The notes beneath the pieces were generated by a model. That model had not been told where the DNA came from. It searched no databases and saw only the letters and a list, made by a program, of their open reading frames with translations. The position numbers and the translations under genes were made by a program. Shown here in pieces: positions 47,537 through 57,431 of a stretch of 64,000 nt of DNA. Each line of letters opens with the position of its first letter. Position 1 is the stretch's first letter. The stretch comes from an uncultured Thiotrichales bacterium (GTDB taxonomy: Bacteria; Pseudomonadota; Gammaproteobacteria; UWMA-0217), in the NCBI GenBank assembly GCA_964430355.1, contig CAYSFW010000005.1:13177-77176 (forward strand), written 5' to 3'.

Positions 47537-49953
47537 GGCGTTGGCGTCGCGTCGGTCAGCAGGCCCAGCACGGTGAGTGCTGCGGCCCTCGGCGAGTAGC
47601 CACGGTCGGCATCCGAGGCGAGGATGGGGCCGATGCAGCTGGGGCAGCCGTCCTCGCACTCGCAGCGCTCGATGAGGCGCAGGGCGTCCATGACGATGCG
47701 GGCACGCTGTTCGTACAGCGGCTCGCTGAGGCCGATGCCGCCGGGATAGTTGTCGTAGAGGAACAGCGTCGGCACGAACTGTGCGAGCGCCGCGGGATCG
47801 ACGGCTTGCCCGTCCATACCTCGCATCTGCCCGCGCCCTTGGCTGCCAGTAGTCGCGAACCAGGTCGCGTTACCGTCGCCCACGGCGCGGCCCAGATCCC
47901 GGGGTTCGGCGAGCATGCGCATCGCGGCGACGTGGTGCATGGCATAGGCCGCGCCGAGAAAGCCGTCGAGTGCCTGCTGCCGACTGGGGAAGGCGCAGTC
48001 GAGCGCGCCGGGCTCGACCTGCCACCACACCGCGGTGGTGTGCATCTCCTGGTCGGGCAGGTGGATGTCGCCGTAGCCGATGTTCTCGTGGGTGTAGTAA
48101 CGGATCTTCTTGTACCCGGCGATGCGGCGCACGAGATGCACCTCGCCGTGCGCGCTTGCCTGCGTCGCCCCGGGGACATGTGCGAAGGACTCGAGGATCT
48201 TGAGCTTCGTGTAGTCGATGGCGTCGGTGTAGTAGTCGGCGCGGGTGCGGGTGACGAAGGCCTTGCGCCCGGTCCAGTCGAGCCGTTCCACCTGCCAGGG
48301 TTGGGCCTGGATCATGTAGATTGCGCCTTCGTAGAGCGTCATCGGTGCGGCGCTGTAGTCCACCTCGGCGATGATCTTCTGCTGGCCGTCCGTCGTGTCC
48401 ATCACCACGAAATTCCCCTCGGCGACGGAACGCAGGCTGACGGCATTGGCTGGATAGCTGTCCGCCGACCAGTGCCACTGGGCACCCTCGCGGTGCAGCA
48501 CGCCAGCTTCCTCAAGATAGGCCAGCAGGTCCGGGAGGCTCGGGGCGTTGCCGAAGCGCTCGCCGTCGCGGAACGGCAGTTCGAAGGCCGCGCAGCGCAC
48601 GTGGTCGAGCAGGATCAGGAGTTGATCCGGGTCGATGCGTGCCGTCTCCGGCGAGGCGCCGAGGAAGAACTCCGGGTTGCGTACGATGTACTGATCGAGC
48701 GGCTGCGAGGTGGCGACCAGTACGCCGAGCGACGTGCGCTGCCTTCGCCCCGCGCGGCCCAGGCGCTGCCAGGTCGCCGCGATGGTGCCGGGATAGCCGT
48801 TCAACACGCAGACATCGAGCGCGCCGATGTCCACCCCGAGTTCGAGCGCGGAGGTGCTCACCACGCAGTCGATCTGACCCTCGCGCAGCTTGCGTTCCAT
48901 CGCACGGCGCTCGGTCGGCAGGTACCCGCCCCGGTAGGCGGCGATGCGGGCCGGCTTGCGGGGGTCGTGGTCGAACACGTCCTTCAGGTACTTCGTCAGC
49001 ACCTCGACCATCAGCCGCGACTGGGCGAACAGGATGCTTTGCAGGCCGAGCTTGACCGCCAGGCGGGCGATGCGCGTGGTCTGCGAGCGGGCCGAGGCGC
49101 GGATGCCGAGATCGGGATTGATCACCGGCGGGTTCCACAGCAGCAGGTGCTTCGCGCCCTGCGGCGCGCCGCTCTCGGTGATCGCGCGCACCGGGGCCTC
49201 GATGAGGCGGCTCGCGAGTTCCGCCGGGTTGGCAATCGTTGCCGAACACAGGATGAATTGCGGGGAGGTGCCGTAGAACCGGCAAATGCGCTGCAAGCGC
49301 CGCAGCACGTTCGCCACGTGGGCGCCGAACACGCCGCGGTAGGTGTGCATCTCGTCAATCACCACGTAACACAGCGACTCGAAGAACTGCGCCCACTTGG
49401 TGTGGTGCGGCAGGATGCCCTGATGCAGCATGTCCGGGTTGGAGACCACGATATCGCCGCGGGTGCGCACCGCCTTGCGCGCATCGCCCGGGGTGTCGCC
49501 GTCGAAGGTAAAGGCGCGCACGCCGAGGCGGCCCGCCTCATTGAGCTCGAGCAACTCGGCGACCTGATCCTGCGCGAGCGCCTTGGTGGGAAACAGGTAC
49601 AGCGCCTTGGCCTGCTCGCGCATCGCGGCCTGCAGCACGGGCAGGTTGTAGCAGAGCGTCTTGCCTGAGGCCGTGGGGGTGACGATGACGACGTGCTCGC
49701 CGCCGTGCACGGCCTCCCACGCCTGGGCCTGGTGTGAGTAGAGCCGGGCGATGCCGCGTGCCTGCAACGCCCCGGCGAGCCGGTCGTCCAGGTCCGCCGG
49801 GAGGGGCGCGAACCGTGCGGCGCGCGCCGGAATCTGCAGTTCACCCGTGATATGCGACTTGTATTTCTTACGCAGACGATCGGCCAGCTCTGCAACGGGG
49901 TCTGACGGGCCCTCGGCGACGGTGCGCAGCGCTGCGGTCATGGCGTTCTCCAT
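47533..49953 (-). CDS. DEAD/DEAH-box helicase with C-terminal DUF1998 zinc domain (MrfA/YprA-like)
   Basis: 'TPTASGKT' Walker A, 'VIDEMH' box and C-terminal 'CECEDGCPSC' zinc cluster. Start taken at MENAM. Confidence 0.85.
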   Translation of the reverse strand: MENAMTAALRTVAEGPSDPVAELADRLRKKYKSHITGELQIPARAARFAPLPADLDDRLAGALQARGIARLYSHQAQAWEAVHGGEHVVIVTPTASGKTLCYNLPVLQAAMREQAKALYLFPTKALAQDQVAELLELNEAGRLGVRAFTFDGDTPGDARKAVRTRGDIVVSNPDMLHQGILPHHTKWAQFFESLCYVVIDEMHTYRGVFGAHVANVLRRLQRICRFYGTSPQFILCSATIANPAELASRLIEAPVRAITESGAPQGAKHLLLWNPPVINPDLGIRASARSQTTRIARLAVKLGLQSILFAQSRLMVEVLTKYLKDVFDHDPRKPARIAAYRGGYLPTERRAMERKLREGQIDCVVSTSALELGVDIGALDVCVLNGYPGTIAATWQRLGRAGRRQRTSLGVLVATSQPLDQYIVRNPEFFLGASPETARIDPDQLLILLDHVRCAAFELPFRDGERFGNAPSLPDLLAYLEEAGVLHREGAQWHWSADSYPANAVSLRSVAEGNFVVMDTTDGQQKIIAEVDYSAAPMTLYEGAIYMIQAQPWQVERLDWTGRKAFVTRTRADYYTDAIDYTKLKILESFAHVPGATQASAHGEVHLVRRIAGYKKIRYYTHENIGYGDIHLPDQEMHTTAVWWQVEPGALDCAFPSRQQALDGFLGAAYAMHHVAAMRMLAEPRDLGRAVGDGNATWFATTGSQGRGQMRGMDGQAVDPAALAQFVPTLFLYDNYPGGIGLSEPLYEQRARIVMDALRLIERCECEDGCPSCIGPILASDADRGYSPRAAALTVLGLLTDATPTP

Positions 49954-49986
49954 TCGTTCTCCTGCTAGACTATAGAGAACGAATGG
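49950..49986. promoter_or_regulatory. 37-bp element: 12-bp perfect inverted repeat CCATTCGTTCTC-N13-GAGAACGAATGG spanning the divergent mrfA/lexA starts
   Basis: Read directly. It contains GTTC/GAAC half-sites and an adjacent GAAC-N7-GAAC direct repeat (49977-49991). It overlaps the mrfA ATG and ends 14 nt before the lexA ATG. Confidence 0.5.
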
Positions 49987-49999
49987 AGAACGGGCAACC

Positions 50000-50602
50000 A
50001 TGCAACTGACGCGGCGGCAACGCGAAATCCTCGACTGGCTGCGGGCTCACGCCGACGCCTTCGCGCAGCCGCCCACGCTGGATGAACTCTGTCAGGCGCT
50101 GGGGATGGCCTCGCGCGGCTCCCTGCACAAGCATATCCAGGCGCTGGTGGAGGCGGGGCTCGTCGAACCGCTGGAGGGCAAGCGGCGCGGCGTGCGGCTG
50201 CGGGAGGAGAGCGATGCACCAGAGCCCGGGATTCCGCTCCTTGGGAGCATCGCCGCAGGGCGGCCCATCGAAGCGGTTCCGCAGCCCGTTTATATGCCGG
50301 TGCCGCCGGAGCTTCTGACCGGGGGTGACTGTTACGTGCTCAAGGTGCGCGGGGATTCGATGATCGACGAGGGCATCCTCGACGGTGACTGGGTGGTGAT
50401 CGAACGACGCGATCACGCGCGCAACGGCGAGATCGTCGTTGCCCTCGTGCGCGAGGCCGAGGCCACCCTCAAGCGCATCGAGCAGCGGCCGGGCGAGGTG
50501 CTGCTGCACGCGGCAAACCCGGCGATGCCGACGCTGCGCTACCACCCGGACGAAGTCCGCATCCAGGGCGTGCTGGTCGGCTTGATGCGCCGCTACCGAT
50601 GA
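50000..50602 (+). CDS. lexA: LexA repressor
   Basis: Winged-HTH N-terminus, 'AAG' cleavage site, 'GDSM' Ser nucleophile and 'ATLKR' Lys. Confidence 0.9.
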   Translation: MQLTRRQREILDWLRAHADAFAQPPTLDELCQALGMASRGSLHKHIQALVEAGLVEPLEGKRRGVRLREESDAPEPGIPLLGSIAAGRPIEAVPQPVYMPVPPELLTGGDCYVLKVRGDSMIDEGILDGDWVVIERRDHARNGEIVVALVREAEATLKRIEQRPGEVLLHAANPAMPTLRYHPDEVRIQGVLVGLMRRYR

Positions 50603-50651
50603 AGGCAGCATTTTGCGCGCGCGGTACTCTCGGTTGGCAACCACTGGCCGT

Positions 50652-51242
50652 ATGATCGCAGGTCCCACGCAAACCCGGGCGATTGACGCCATGCCGCTGT
50701 CCGACCTCTATCTCGATCTCAAGGATCTGCTGTTCCCGACCCGGGTCGAGCAGGTGTCGCCACGCTCCGAAGGGCAATTCGTCCGCGGCATCAACCTCGG
50801 CGGCGACGCAGTCACCATCGACGGCCTCCGCTGGGAGGGCTACCGGCAGGCCCTCGGCAACGGCTTGGCCACCCCCGGTGCCACTGCCGCGCGGACGTCC
50901 GTCAAGCCCGAGCCCTACCTGGGCGGGGATCTGCGACGCATGTTCAATACCGTCGTCTACCGCCCGCGAACGCTCGATCTGTCGGTCAGCCTTGGCAACG
51001 GCGCGTACAAAGTCTACCTGTGGGTCATGGAAAACCACCAATCCGGCTGGCACGGCATGGAGCTGCGCATCGACGGCAAGCCGGTTGATCGTGAAATCGG
51101 CCGTCTGCCGCTGGGCGGCTGGAAGAATTACGGACCCTATCCCGCTGAGGTGGGCGGCGGTGAGCTTTCCATCACGCTCGACACCGGCAGCGACCAGGTC
51201 GACGCGCACCTGATGGGCCTGAGCATCTACCGCATGCGCTGA
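50652..51242 (+). CDS. hypothetical protein, apparently co-transcribed with lexA
   Basis: ORF opens 11 nt after the lexA stop at a TTG (50613). ATG candidates at 50652 and 50691. No recognisable motif. Confidence 0.4.
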   Translation: MIAGPTQTRAIDAMPLSDLYLDLKDLLFPTRVEQVSPRSEGQFVRGINLGGDAVTIDGLRWEGYRQALGNGLATPGATAARTSVKPEPYLGGDLRRMFNTVVYRPRTLDLSVSLGNGAYKVYLWVMENHQSGWHGMELRIDGKPVDREIGRLPLGGWKNYGPYPAEVGGGELSITLDTGSDQVDAHLMGLSIYRMR

Positions 51243-51353
51243 GTCATTCCGCACATGGAGGAATTGGCGTCACGCTTCTCGCCATCCACACAGACCTTAC
51301 GGCGGCGCAGCGCTGGCAACCCGTCGCCACGCTGGGTACAATCGGCGACTCAC

Positions 51354-51441
51354 GGAGAGGTGGCTGAGCGGTCGAAAGCGGCGGTCTTGAAAACCGTTGA
51401 AGGGCAACCTTCCGGGGGTTCGAATCCCTCCCTCTCCGCCA
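51354..51441 (+). tRNA. tRNA-Ser (anticodon UGA), CCA encoded
   Basis: GGAGAGG acceptor stem pairs with CCTCTCC+G+CCA. Anticodon loop cTTGAaa. Long variable arm and GTTCGAATCC T-loop. Confidence 0.9.
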
Positions 51442-51934
51442 TCGAATCAACGGGTTGCGGGCTCTTTGGCGTGAAGCTGTGAGAGTGCGCGACTCGTGTC
51501 CCAGACACCCCTTCCATACCCACTGATGCCCTGGGCCCACCGCAGCAGCCTGTAGAACAAGCTGCGCGGTCGAATCGCGAGTTCGCTAACGCCTTCATCC
51601 CCGTACGGGCCGCTCAGGCCACACCGCTGCCGGTTTCGGCCAGCGCGATTGTGACGACGGGCAGCGTCGGCGCGTCACAAACTGAATGTCGTCGTCTACC
51701 GCCCGGGCGGCGCCCACCTCTATCCTTGAATCGCGATCGTGACTGACAAGCTGCCCGATGCGCCGGGTTGCTCCCCTGGGGTGTCCGGGCGTGCACAGGG
51801 ACCTGAACGACGGGCTGCGAACGGCGGGGCGTCAACGCCAGAGGGCGCACTACCACGCGGGAGCATGGGGGCGTACGTCGATGCGCTGTCCGCGTAACTT
51901 ACGCCATAGAAACCACGAAAATGAGGGGGGTCAG

Positions 51935-52495
51935 ATGCGAAAAAACCACTTTGCTGTGCGTGGAGGTCGTTGTTTCCCCGGCGGGCGTTGGCGGGCCTGG
52001 TTGCTCGCGATGTTCGCGACACTGATGGTGGGAGGTCCCGCCCAGGCGGCCATTCCGGATGCGCTCGAACCCTTGGTGGTCGAGGCGCCGTTCAGCGTCA
52101 CCGGCCGGGTTTTCGACCTGACTGACGCATTCCAGCGTGCCGCCGTGGAGAACAAGCCCGTGTTCATCTACCTCGGCGCCAAGGACTGTTCCTCGTGCGC
52201 CGCGTACTCGAATTTCCTCGAACTCAACGCGAGCCTGCTCAAGCCGAGCTTCGAACGGCTCGTCGTCGTTGACATCCGCACCCGCATGGGTGGCCTGCCG
52301 ATGGTGTTCAAGATCGGCGAGAAACGCTACTCGTTCGAGGCGTTCAAGCGCCTCGTAGGCGACCAGAACAAGTTTCTGACGTTTCCGTATTTCTGGCTGG
52401 TCGGCCCCGACCTCAAGCAACTCCGCCAGCTGCCGATGGGCGCCTTCGAGGAGACGCGTGTTGAGCGCCACATCGAGCTCATGCGCGTTCCCTGA
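51935..52495 (+). CDS. periplasmic thioredoxin-fold protein (CxxC)
   Basis: Signal peptide, 'LGAKDCSSCAAY' CxxC, SD gagggggg upstream. The long overlapping antisense ORF 51899..52750 is considered spurious. Confidence 0.55.
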   Translation: MRKNHFAVRGGRCFPGGRWRAWLLAMFATLMVGGPAQAAIPDALEPLVVEAPFSVTGRVFDLTDAFQRAAVENKPVFIYLGAKDCSSCAAYSNFLELNASLLKPSFERLVVVDIRTRMGGLPMVFKIGEKRYSFEAFKRLVGDQNKFLTFPYFWLVGPDLKQLRQLPMGAFEETRVERHIELMRVP

Positions 52496-52959
52496 CCGCG
52501 AGTCAAACGGATACCGCTGAACCGGTGCATTGGGGCGTTTGCCGAACGCTGTCGTCTCACCGCACCACAGAGCGCCAGCCGAGAGGCTCGACGAAGGGAT
52601 CGAAATCCCGGTCGCTACACAGCGGCGGCAGTCCATCTTCGGTTCAGCGGGTTGCGATGAGGGTGTCGAGGGTCTTTCTGACCGCCGCGCCGCGCGCGCA
52701 TAGCGTTCGGTCGTTTCTGGCAACCTGAAGCGCGGTGTATTCACCGCCAAGGCTAGAGACTTCCAATGCCGCGACCAGCCTTTTGGCCGCGTTGGGGAAA
52801 CACGGATTGAGCCCCTTGTATGTTGCAGGGGTGAGGAAGAAGTTGCGCTGATTCAGCAGATGACCACTCACCCGAACCCTGTCCCCCGCAAGCGGGGGAC
52901 ACGGATTGACTGGATCGCTGTCACCCCAACTCGCGGTCAGGGTGACACTGCGGGGTCGC

Positions 52960-53820
52960 TCAGTGCAGCAGCGCGAACATCTTGCGACGGTAGGTAGCAA
53001 CGGCCGGGTCGTCGCCGAGCATGTCGAAGAGCTTGAGCAGCGTCTTGCGGGCGAGGTCGTCCTTGAAGGAGCGTGCGCGCTGCATCAGGGTCAGCAGGTT
53101 GTCCATCGCGCCGGTGTAGTCGCCTTCAACGATTCGCGCAACGGCAAGGTTGTATAGCGCCTGATAGTCCTTCGGGTCGGCGGCTACGGCGGCCTCCAAC
53201 TCGGCGGTTTCAGGCAGCGCGCTCGCTTCGCGGTAGAACTCGAGCTGTGCGAGCAATCCGGCGACTTCCGCCGAGGTTCGCGCCGATTCCGGCAGTGCGT
53301 TGAGAATGCCCTCGGCGCGCTCGGTCTGGCCCTGCTCGGCGAGCAGCCGCGCCAGATCGAGCGCAATCGGCGCCCGTTGCGGGTCCATGGCATGGGCCTG
53401 TTCCAGCAACGCGAGTGCCCGGCTGACGTCGCCAGTCTCGAGTGCCTGCAGCGCGGACTGGTGCACGCGGTCGGATTCGCGGACGATGTGCCGTTCGAGC
53501 AGTGCGCGGATCGTCCCTTCGCCCTGTGCGCCCACGAACTCGTCGACGACCTGTCCGTTGCGGAACACCTTGACGGTCGGCAGGCTGCGCACGCCGTACT
53601 GCTGGGCGAGCTGCTGCTGTTCGTCGGAGTTCACCTTGGCGACGATGAACTGTCCCTGGTACTCGTTGGCGAGTTTCTCCAGCAACGGCATCAGCATCCG
53701 GCAGGGTGCGCACCAGGCGGCCCAGAAGTCAACCAGCACCGGCCGCGACTGCGATCCGCGCAGCACGACTTCGGCAAAGTTCTGGGCGGTGACGGTGATC
53801 ACGTAAGGGGATTCGCTCAT
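52960..53820 (-). CDS. thioredoxin-domain + TPR chaperone (CnoX/YbbN family)
   Basis: 'FWAAWCAPCRML' thioredoxin motif followed by a TPR-like C-terminus. Confidence 0.8.
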   Translation of the reverse strand: MSESPYVITVTAQNFAEVVLRGSQSRPVLVDFWAAWCAPCRMLMPLLEKLANEYQGQFIVAKVNSDEQQQLAQQYGVRSLPTVKVFRNGQVVDEFVGAQGEGTIRALLERHIVRESDRVHQSALQALETGDVSRALALLEQAHAMDPQRAPIALDLARLLAEQGQTERAEGILNALPESARTSAEVAGLLAQLEFYREASALPETAELEAAVAADPKDYQALYNLAVARIVEGDYTGAMDNLLTLMQRARSFKDDLARKTLLKLFDMLGDDPAVATYRRKMFALLH

Positions 53821-53993
53821 GAGTGGATTCCTTATCGTCGCAATTGAATTGTGCGTTTATGGTGGTCGGGGGTTGGGTTTTCAACCCACGGTCGGGCGCA
53901 TCCGTGGCCGGGGTGGTACAGCACTGCGGTCGTACGTCACTTGCTCCTTGCCGTGTTGTTCCCTCCCGTTTCCCTTCACGGTACGTCTAGGGT

Positions 53994-56900
53994 TTATTCC
54001 CAGACGCTCGATCCGTCGGCGATTCCCTCGCACGGCTGCCACGTCCCGGTGTGCGTGAACAGCAGGCCTGCCTCGAGTTCCTGCCGCGGCCAGATGCGGC
54101 GGACGCCGGCGGCATAGAGCCCGAGCTGGGCTCGATACTGTTGTGCGATGGCAGCCAACCGCTGGGGGTCGGACTCGCGGTGGGTCTTGTAGTCGATAAG
54201 CAGGATGTGCCGCGGGGTGACCACCAGGCGGTCGATCACGCCGTAAACCATGCGCTCATCTACCCGATAGACGATCGGCAGCTCGTTGTAGGCCACGGCG
54301 CCGGGTTCCAGCCGAAACGCCCGCGGGAATGCTGCGAGCGCGTGCCGGGCCTCCTCCAGCCACTCACGCAAGTCCGGGTCGTCGGCCCCAACGCCGAGGT
54401 CGCCGCCGATGCGGGCCAGCAGTTCCTCATCGCGCCAACGTGGTGCCGGGCGGGACAGATGATCCAGAAAGGCGTGGATGGCCTGGCCGCGCACGCGGCC
54501 ATCCTCATCCTCGGTGACCGCGCTGCTCGCAGCGGCGCTTGGCACCGCGGCCCGGCTGGGCGTGACGGAGCGGGGGTGCTGGCCCGCCGGAAACGGCTTA
54601 TCGAGTCCTATGGGGGCGACGGTTGGCGGCTCGACAGCGTCTGCGCTGGCACAGGGGGTGACTGTCGGGATTGTACCCGACTGCATCGCCCAGGCCTTGG
54701 CGAAATCCAAGCCCTCGCCCTGGAGCGCAAGGCGCAGGCGGCCGTAAAGCGTCGACCCAATCTTCGTTTGCCGGTTCCCAGCGGCGCTCAGCACCAGCAT
54801 CTGGCGCGCGCGGGTCAGGGCGACGTAGAGCAGGTTCGCGGATTCCCGCGCCTGCAGACGCGCAATCTCGGCCTGCAAGCCGTCGGAGTATGCGTCCCGA
54901 TGCTCCTTCTTCTGCAGAAGAAGGAAGGTCGTAGGCCGGGGCTCGGTGGCTGGCCACAATACCAGCGCATCGCCCCCACGGGCGGGTTTGTCCTGCTGCG
55001 CGCCCAGGCCGGCGTAGAAGATCACTGGCGCCTCCAGGCCCTTGGCCGCGTGGATGGTGAGGATCTCCACGGGCGCGGCGTCGTGCTCCGGCACGGGCTC
55101 AGAAGGACTGTCCTCATCGCTGCCTTCGAGGTCGGTCAGCCGCTCGAGAAAGCGCTCGAGGCTCGGGTAGCGTCCGCTGTCCAGTTCGAGCGCCAACTCC
55201 ACCAGTCGCTGCAGATTGGCGCCCACCTGGGCGCGCTGCCAGGGTTGCACGGCCGCGCGATAGCGCGCGAGCACGTCGCCTTCGTGGAAGACGCGGTCGA
55301 GCAGGTCGTGCAGGGGGAGAGTGGCGGTGAGCTTGCGCCAGTGCTTGAGCCAGTGCGCCGCGCGCGCCAGCGGGTGATCGGTGGCAAGGTCGGGCGCGAG
55401 CCGCAGGAGCGCGTCATACCAGCGCCGGTGGTTGCTGATCGGCTGCGCGAGCCGGGCGAGGTCGTCGTCTCCCGCGGCGAAGAGCGGTGAACGCAGCACC
55501 TGCGCAAGGGCGAGGTTGTCGTGCGGGGTGGCGAGCACGGTGAGCAGCGCCCGCACGTCGCGCACCTCGAGCCGTTGCAGCAGTCCGCCGCGCCGCGTGC
55601 CGCGAAAAGGGATATGTGCCGCGCGCAGGGCCGCCTCGATCGCCTCCGCATGGGTGCGCTGGCGCAGCAGGATCTTGATGTCGCCGTAGCGAATGGGGCG
55701 CTCTGCGCCGGGCTCGCCGATGCACCAACCCGAGGTGACGAGCGCCTGAATGCGCGCTGCGATCAGGCTGGCCTCGGCGGCCTGGGCGCGCCGTGGGGTG
55801 GGGCGGGGTGTGGTGAGCGGGTTGCGCAGCGTCCCTGTGTCTTGAGCCTCTTTGGGGGCATCGTCCTCGTCGATGGTGGCCACCGGCAGGCACTCCACGC
55901 GACCCCACAGCGCGGTCTTGTGCGTGCCGTGGTGATGAAACGCGGTAATTTGCTCGATAAACCCCGGGGCGATGAACACACGGTTCACGGCATTGATGAT
56001 CGCGGGTGCCGAGCGTCGCGACTGATCGAGCGACGCCCGCGCACTGCCGAGGTGCTTCTCCAGCCATTCGGCGGCGGCCTCCTGCAGTTCCGGGTTGGCG
56101 CGGCGGAAGCCGTAGATCGACTGTTTGGCATCGCCGACCAGGAACACGCTGCGCTGGCGGTCCGAGGCGGCGGCGAATTCCTCGAGCAGTGGCAGGAGCA
56201 GCCGCCACTGCGTGGGGTTGGTGTCCTGGAATTCATCGATGAGCAGATGCTCGATCTGGCGGTCGAGTTTGTACTGTACCCAGTGGCAGTCGTCGGCACG
56301 GTTCAGCAGCCGGTAGGCAAGCCATTCGAGGTCGGCGAAGTCGAGCTGACGGCGCTGGCGCTTGATGTGCTGGAAGAGTTCGAGGTAGCGCGCCCCGGCG
56401 AGATACCAGGCGCGGTTGACCGCGACCGCGCGTTGCCGACGGAGCTGGTCGCGCAGCGCGAGCATCTCCTCACCCAGTGCTTGGTGCTGGTCGAGGAGCC
56501 GCCGTGCGCGATCGGGTCCGAGGGCCTTGTCGAGCGTTTTGCTCGGCTTCGGGTCCTTGCGCAGCGTGCCTTCCTGGGTGAGGAAGGCAGCGGCAGCGCC
56601 CTCGAGCAGCAAGACCGGATCGTCGTGACCTAAAACGCGCTTGAGCTTTGCGGCGTTGCTACGCAGCGTGTTGCTGTTGCGCTCGTCCCCGAGCAACTCG
56701 GCGTATGCGCGGAGTTCCTCCCGCTTGCCGACGTCGAAGAAACGTGCGGCGTAGTCGATGGTGGGATCGACGTCGAACTGGCGCTGCATCGCACTGGTCG
56801 CGGCGGCGACCGGATCACGCTCACCCTCCGTATAGGCCCACCAGTCCGCCCGGTGTGCGAGGAACTGCTTTAGCACCTCCCGCGTGCCGACGAGTCCACC

Positions 56901-57431
56901 GCACGTGTCGAACAGCGTGGACAACGCGTGAGCGAGGGGACTCTCCTGTGCGGCAGTCGCTTCGGCAAACAGCGTATCGAGCGCCGCATCGCTCTGCTCC
57001 TGATGCGATTCGAGCAGCTCAAAGCCGGGGGGGACGCCCGCCTCGAGCGGGAAACGCGCGAGCAAGTCCTGGCAGAAGGCATGGAAGGTGCTGATGCGCG
57101 GCGGAAAATCCGCCCACAGCAAGGTCTCGTACAGACTGCGCGCCCGGCTGCGCAGCGAGGCATCCGCGGCGCAGCCGATCTGCTGCAGCGCCGCATCCAG
57201 TTCCGCATCGTCCGCGAGCGCCCACATCCTGAGCCGGTCGAGCAGCCGCTCGCGCATCTCCCCGGCCGCCTTGCGGGTGAAGGTGATGGCCAGCAGCGAA
57301 CCGGGGTCCGCGCCGTCGAGCAGCAGGCGCAGGATGCGGGAGACGAGCAGCCAGGTCTTGCCCGTGCCCGCGGAGGCGAAAACGGTGCAGGAGCGCTGCG
57401 GCGACAAGGCGGCGGATGGGACTGCGGTCAT
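53994..57431 (-). CDS. AddA-like UvrD-family helicase with C-terminal RecB-type PD-(D/E)XK nuclease
   Basis: 'ASAGTGKTWLL' Walker A, UvrD motifs, and C-terminal 'GVIDRLVV...LLIDYKT' nuclease motif. No addB-like gene is adjacent. Confidence 0.8.
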   Translation of the reverse strand: MTAVPSAALSPQRSCTVFASAGTGKTWLLVSRILRLLLDGADPGSLLAITFTRKAAGEMRERLLDRLRMWALADDAELDAALQQIGCAADASLRSRARSLYETLLWADFPPRISTFHAFCQDLLARFPLEAGVPPGFELLESHQEQSDAALDTLFAEATAAQESPLAHALSTLFDTCGGLVGTREVLKQFLAHRADWWAYTEGERDPVAAATSAMQRQFDVDPTIDYAARFFDVGKREELRAYAELLGDERNSNTLRSNAAKLKRVLGHDDPVLLLEGAAAAFLTQEGTLRKDPKPSKTLDKALGPDRARRLLDQHQALGEEMLALRDQLRRQRAVAVNRAWYLAGARYLELFQHIKRQRRQLDFADLEWLAYRLLNRADDCHWVQYKLDRQIEHLLIDEFQDTNPTQWRLLLPLLEEFAAASDRQRSVFLVGDAKQSIYGFRRANPELQEAAAEWLEKHLGSARASLDQSRRSAPAIINAVNRVFIAPGFIEQITAFHHHGTHKTALWGRVECLPVATIDEDDAPKEAQDTGTLRNPLTTPRPTPRRAQAAEASLIAARIQALVTSGWCIGEPGAERPIRYGDIKILLRQRTHAEAIEAALRAAHIPFRGTRRGGLLQRLEVRDVRALLTVLATPHDNLALAQVLRSPLFAAGDDDLARLAQPISNHRRWYDALLRLAPDLATDHPLARAAHWLKHWRKLTATLPLHDLLDRVFHEGDVLARYRAAVQPWQRAQVGANLQRLVELALELDSGRYPSLERFLERLTDLEGSDEDSPSEPVPEHDAAPVEILTIHAAKGLEAPVIFYAGLGAQQDKPARGGDALVLWPATEPRPTTFLLLQKKEHRDAYSDGLQAEIARLQARESANLLYVALTRARQMLVLSAAGNRQTKIGSTLYGRLRLALQGEGLDFAKAWAMQSGTIPTVTPCASADAVEPPTVAPIGLDKPFPAGQHPRSVTPSRAAVPSAAASSAVTEDEDGRVRGQAIHAFLDHLSRPAPRWRDEELLARIGGDLGVGADDPDLREWLEEARHALAAFPRAFRLEPGAVAYNELPIVYRVDERMVYGVIDRLVVTPRHILLIDYKTHRESDPQRLAAIAQQYRAQLGLYAAGVRRIWPRQELEAGLLFTHTGTWQPCEGIADGSSVWE

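Noticed and set aside
51687-51701. 15-nt exact repeat GTCGTCTACCGCCCG shared between the lexA-adjacent unknown gene (about 50953) and the intergenic region after tRNA-Ser
   Set aside because: A single 15-mer match (about 21 of 24 with flanks) is within chance expectation for 64 kb. No further collinear similarity suggests a duplicated gene fragment or attachment site.
52515-52650. 11-nt inverted repeat CCGCTGAACCG ... CGGTTCAGCGG separated by ~115 nt, downstream of the thioredoxin-fold gene
   Set aside because: An 11-mer inverted match within 150 nt is expected about 2-3 times by chance in 64 kb of GC-biased sequence. It has no flanking signatures of a MITE or riboswitch that I can recognise.
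51899-52750. 283-aa minus-strand ORF overlapping the thioredoxin-fold gene
   Set aside because: The plus-strand reading has a signal peptide, a CxxC motif and an SD. The minus-strand reading is low-complexity.
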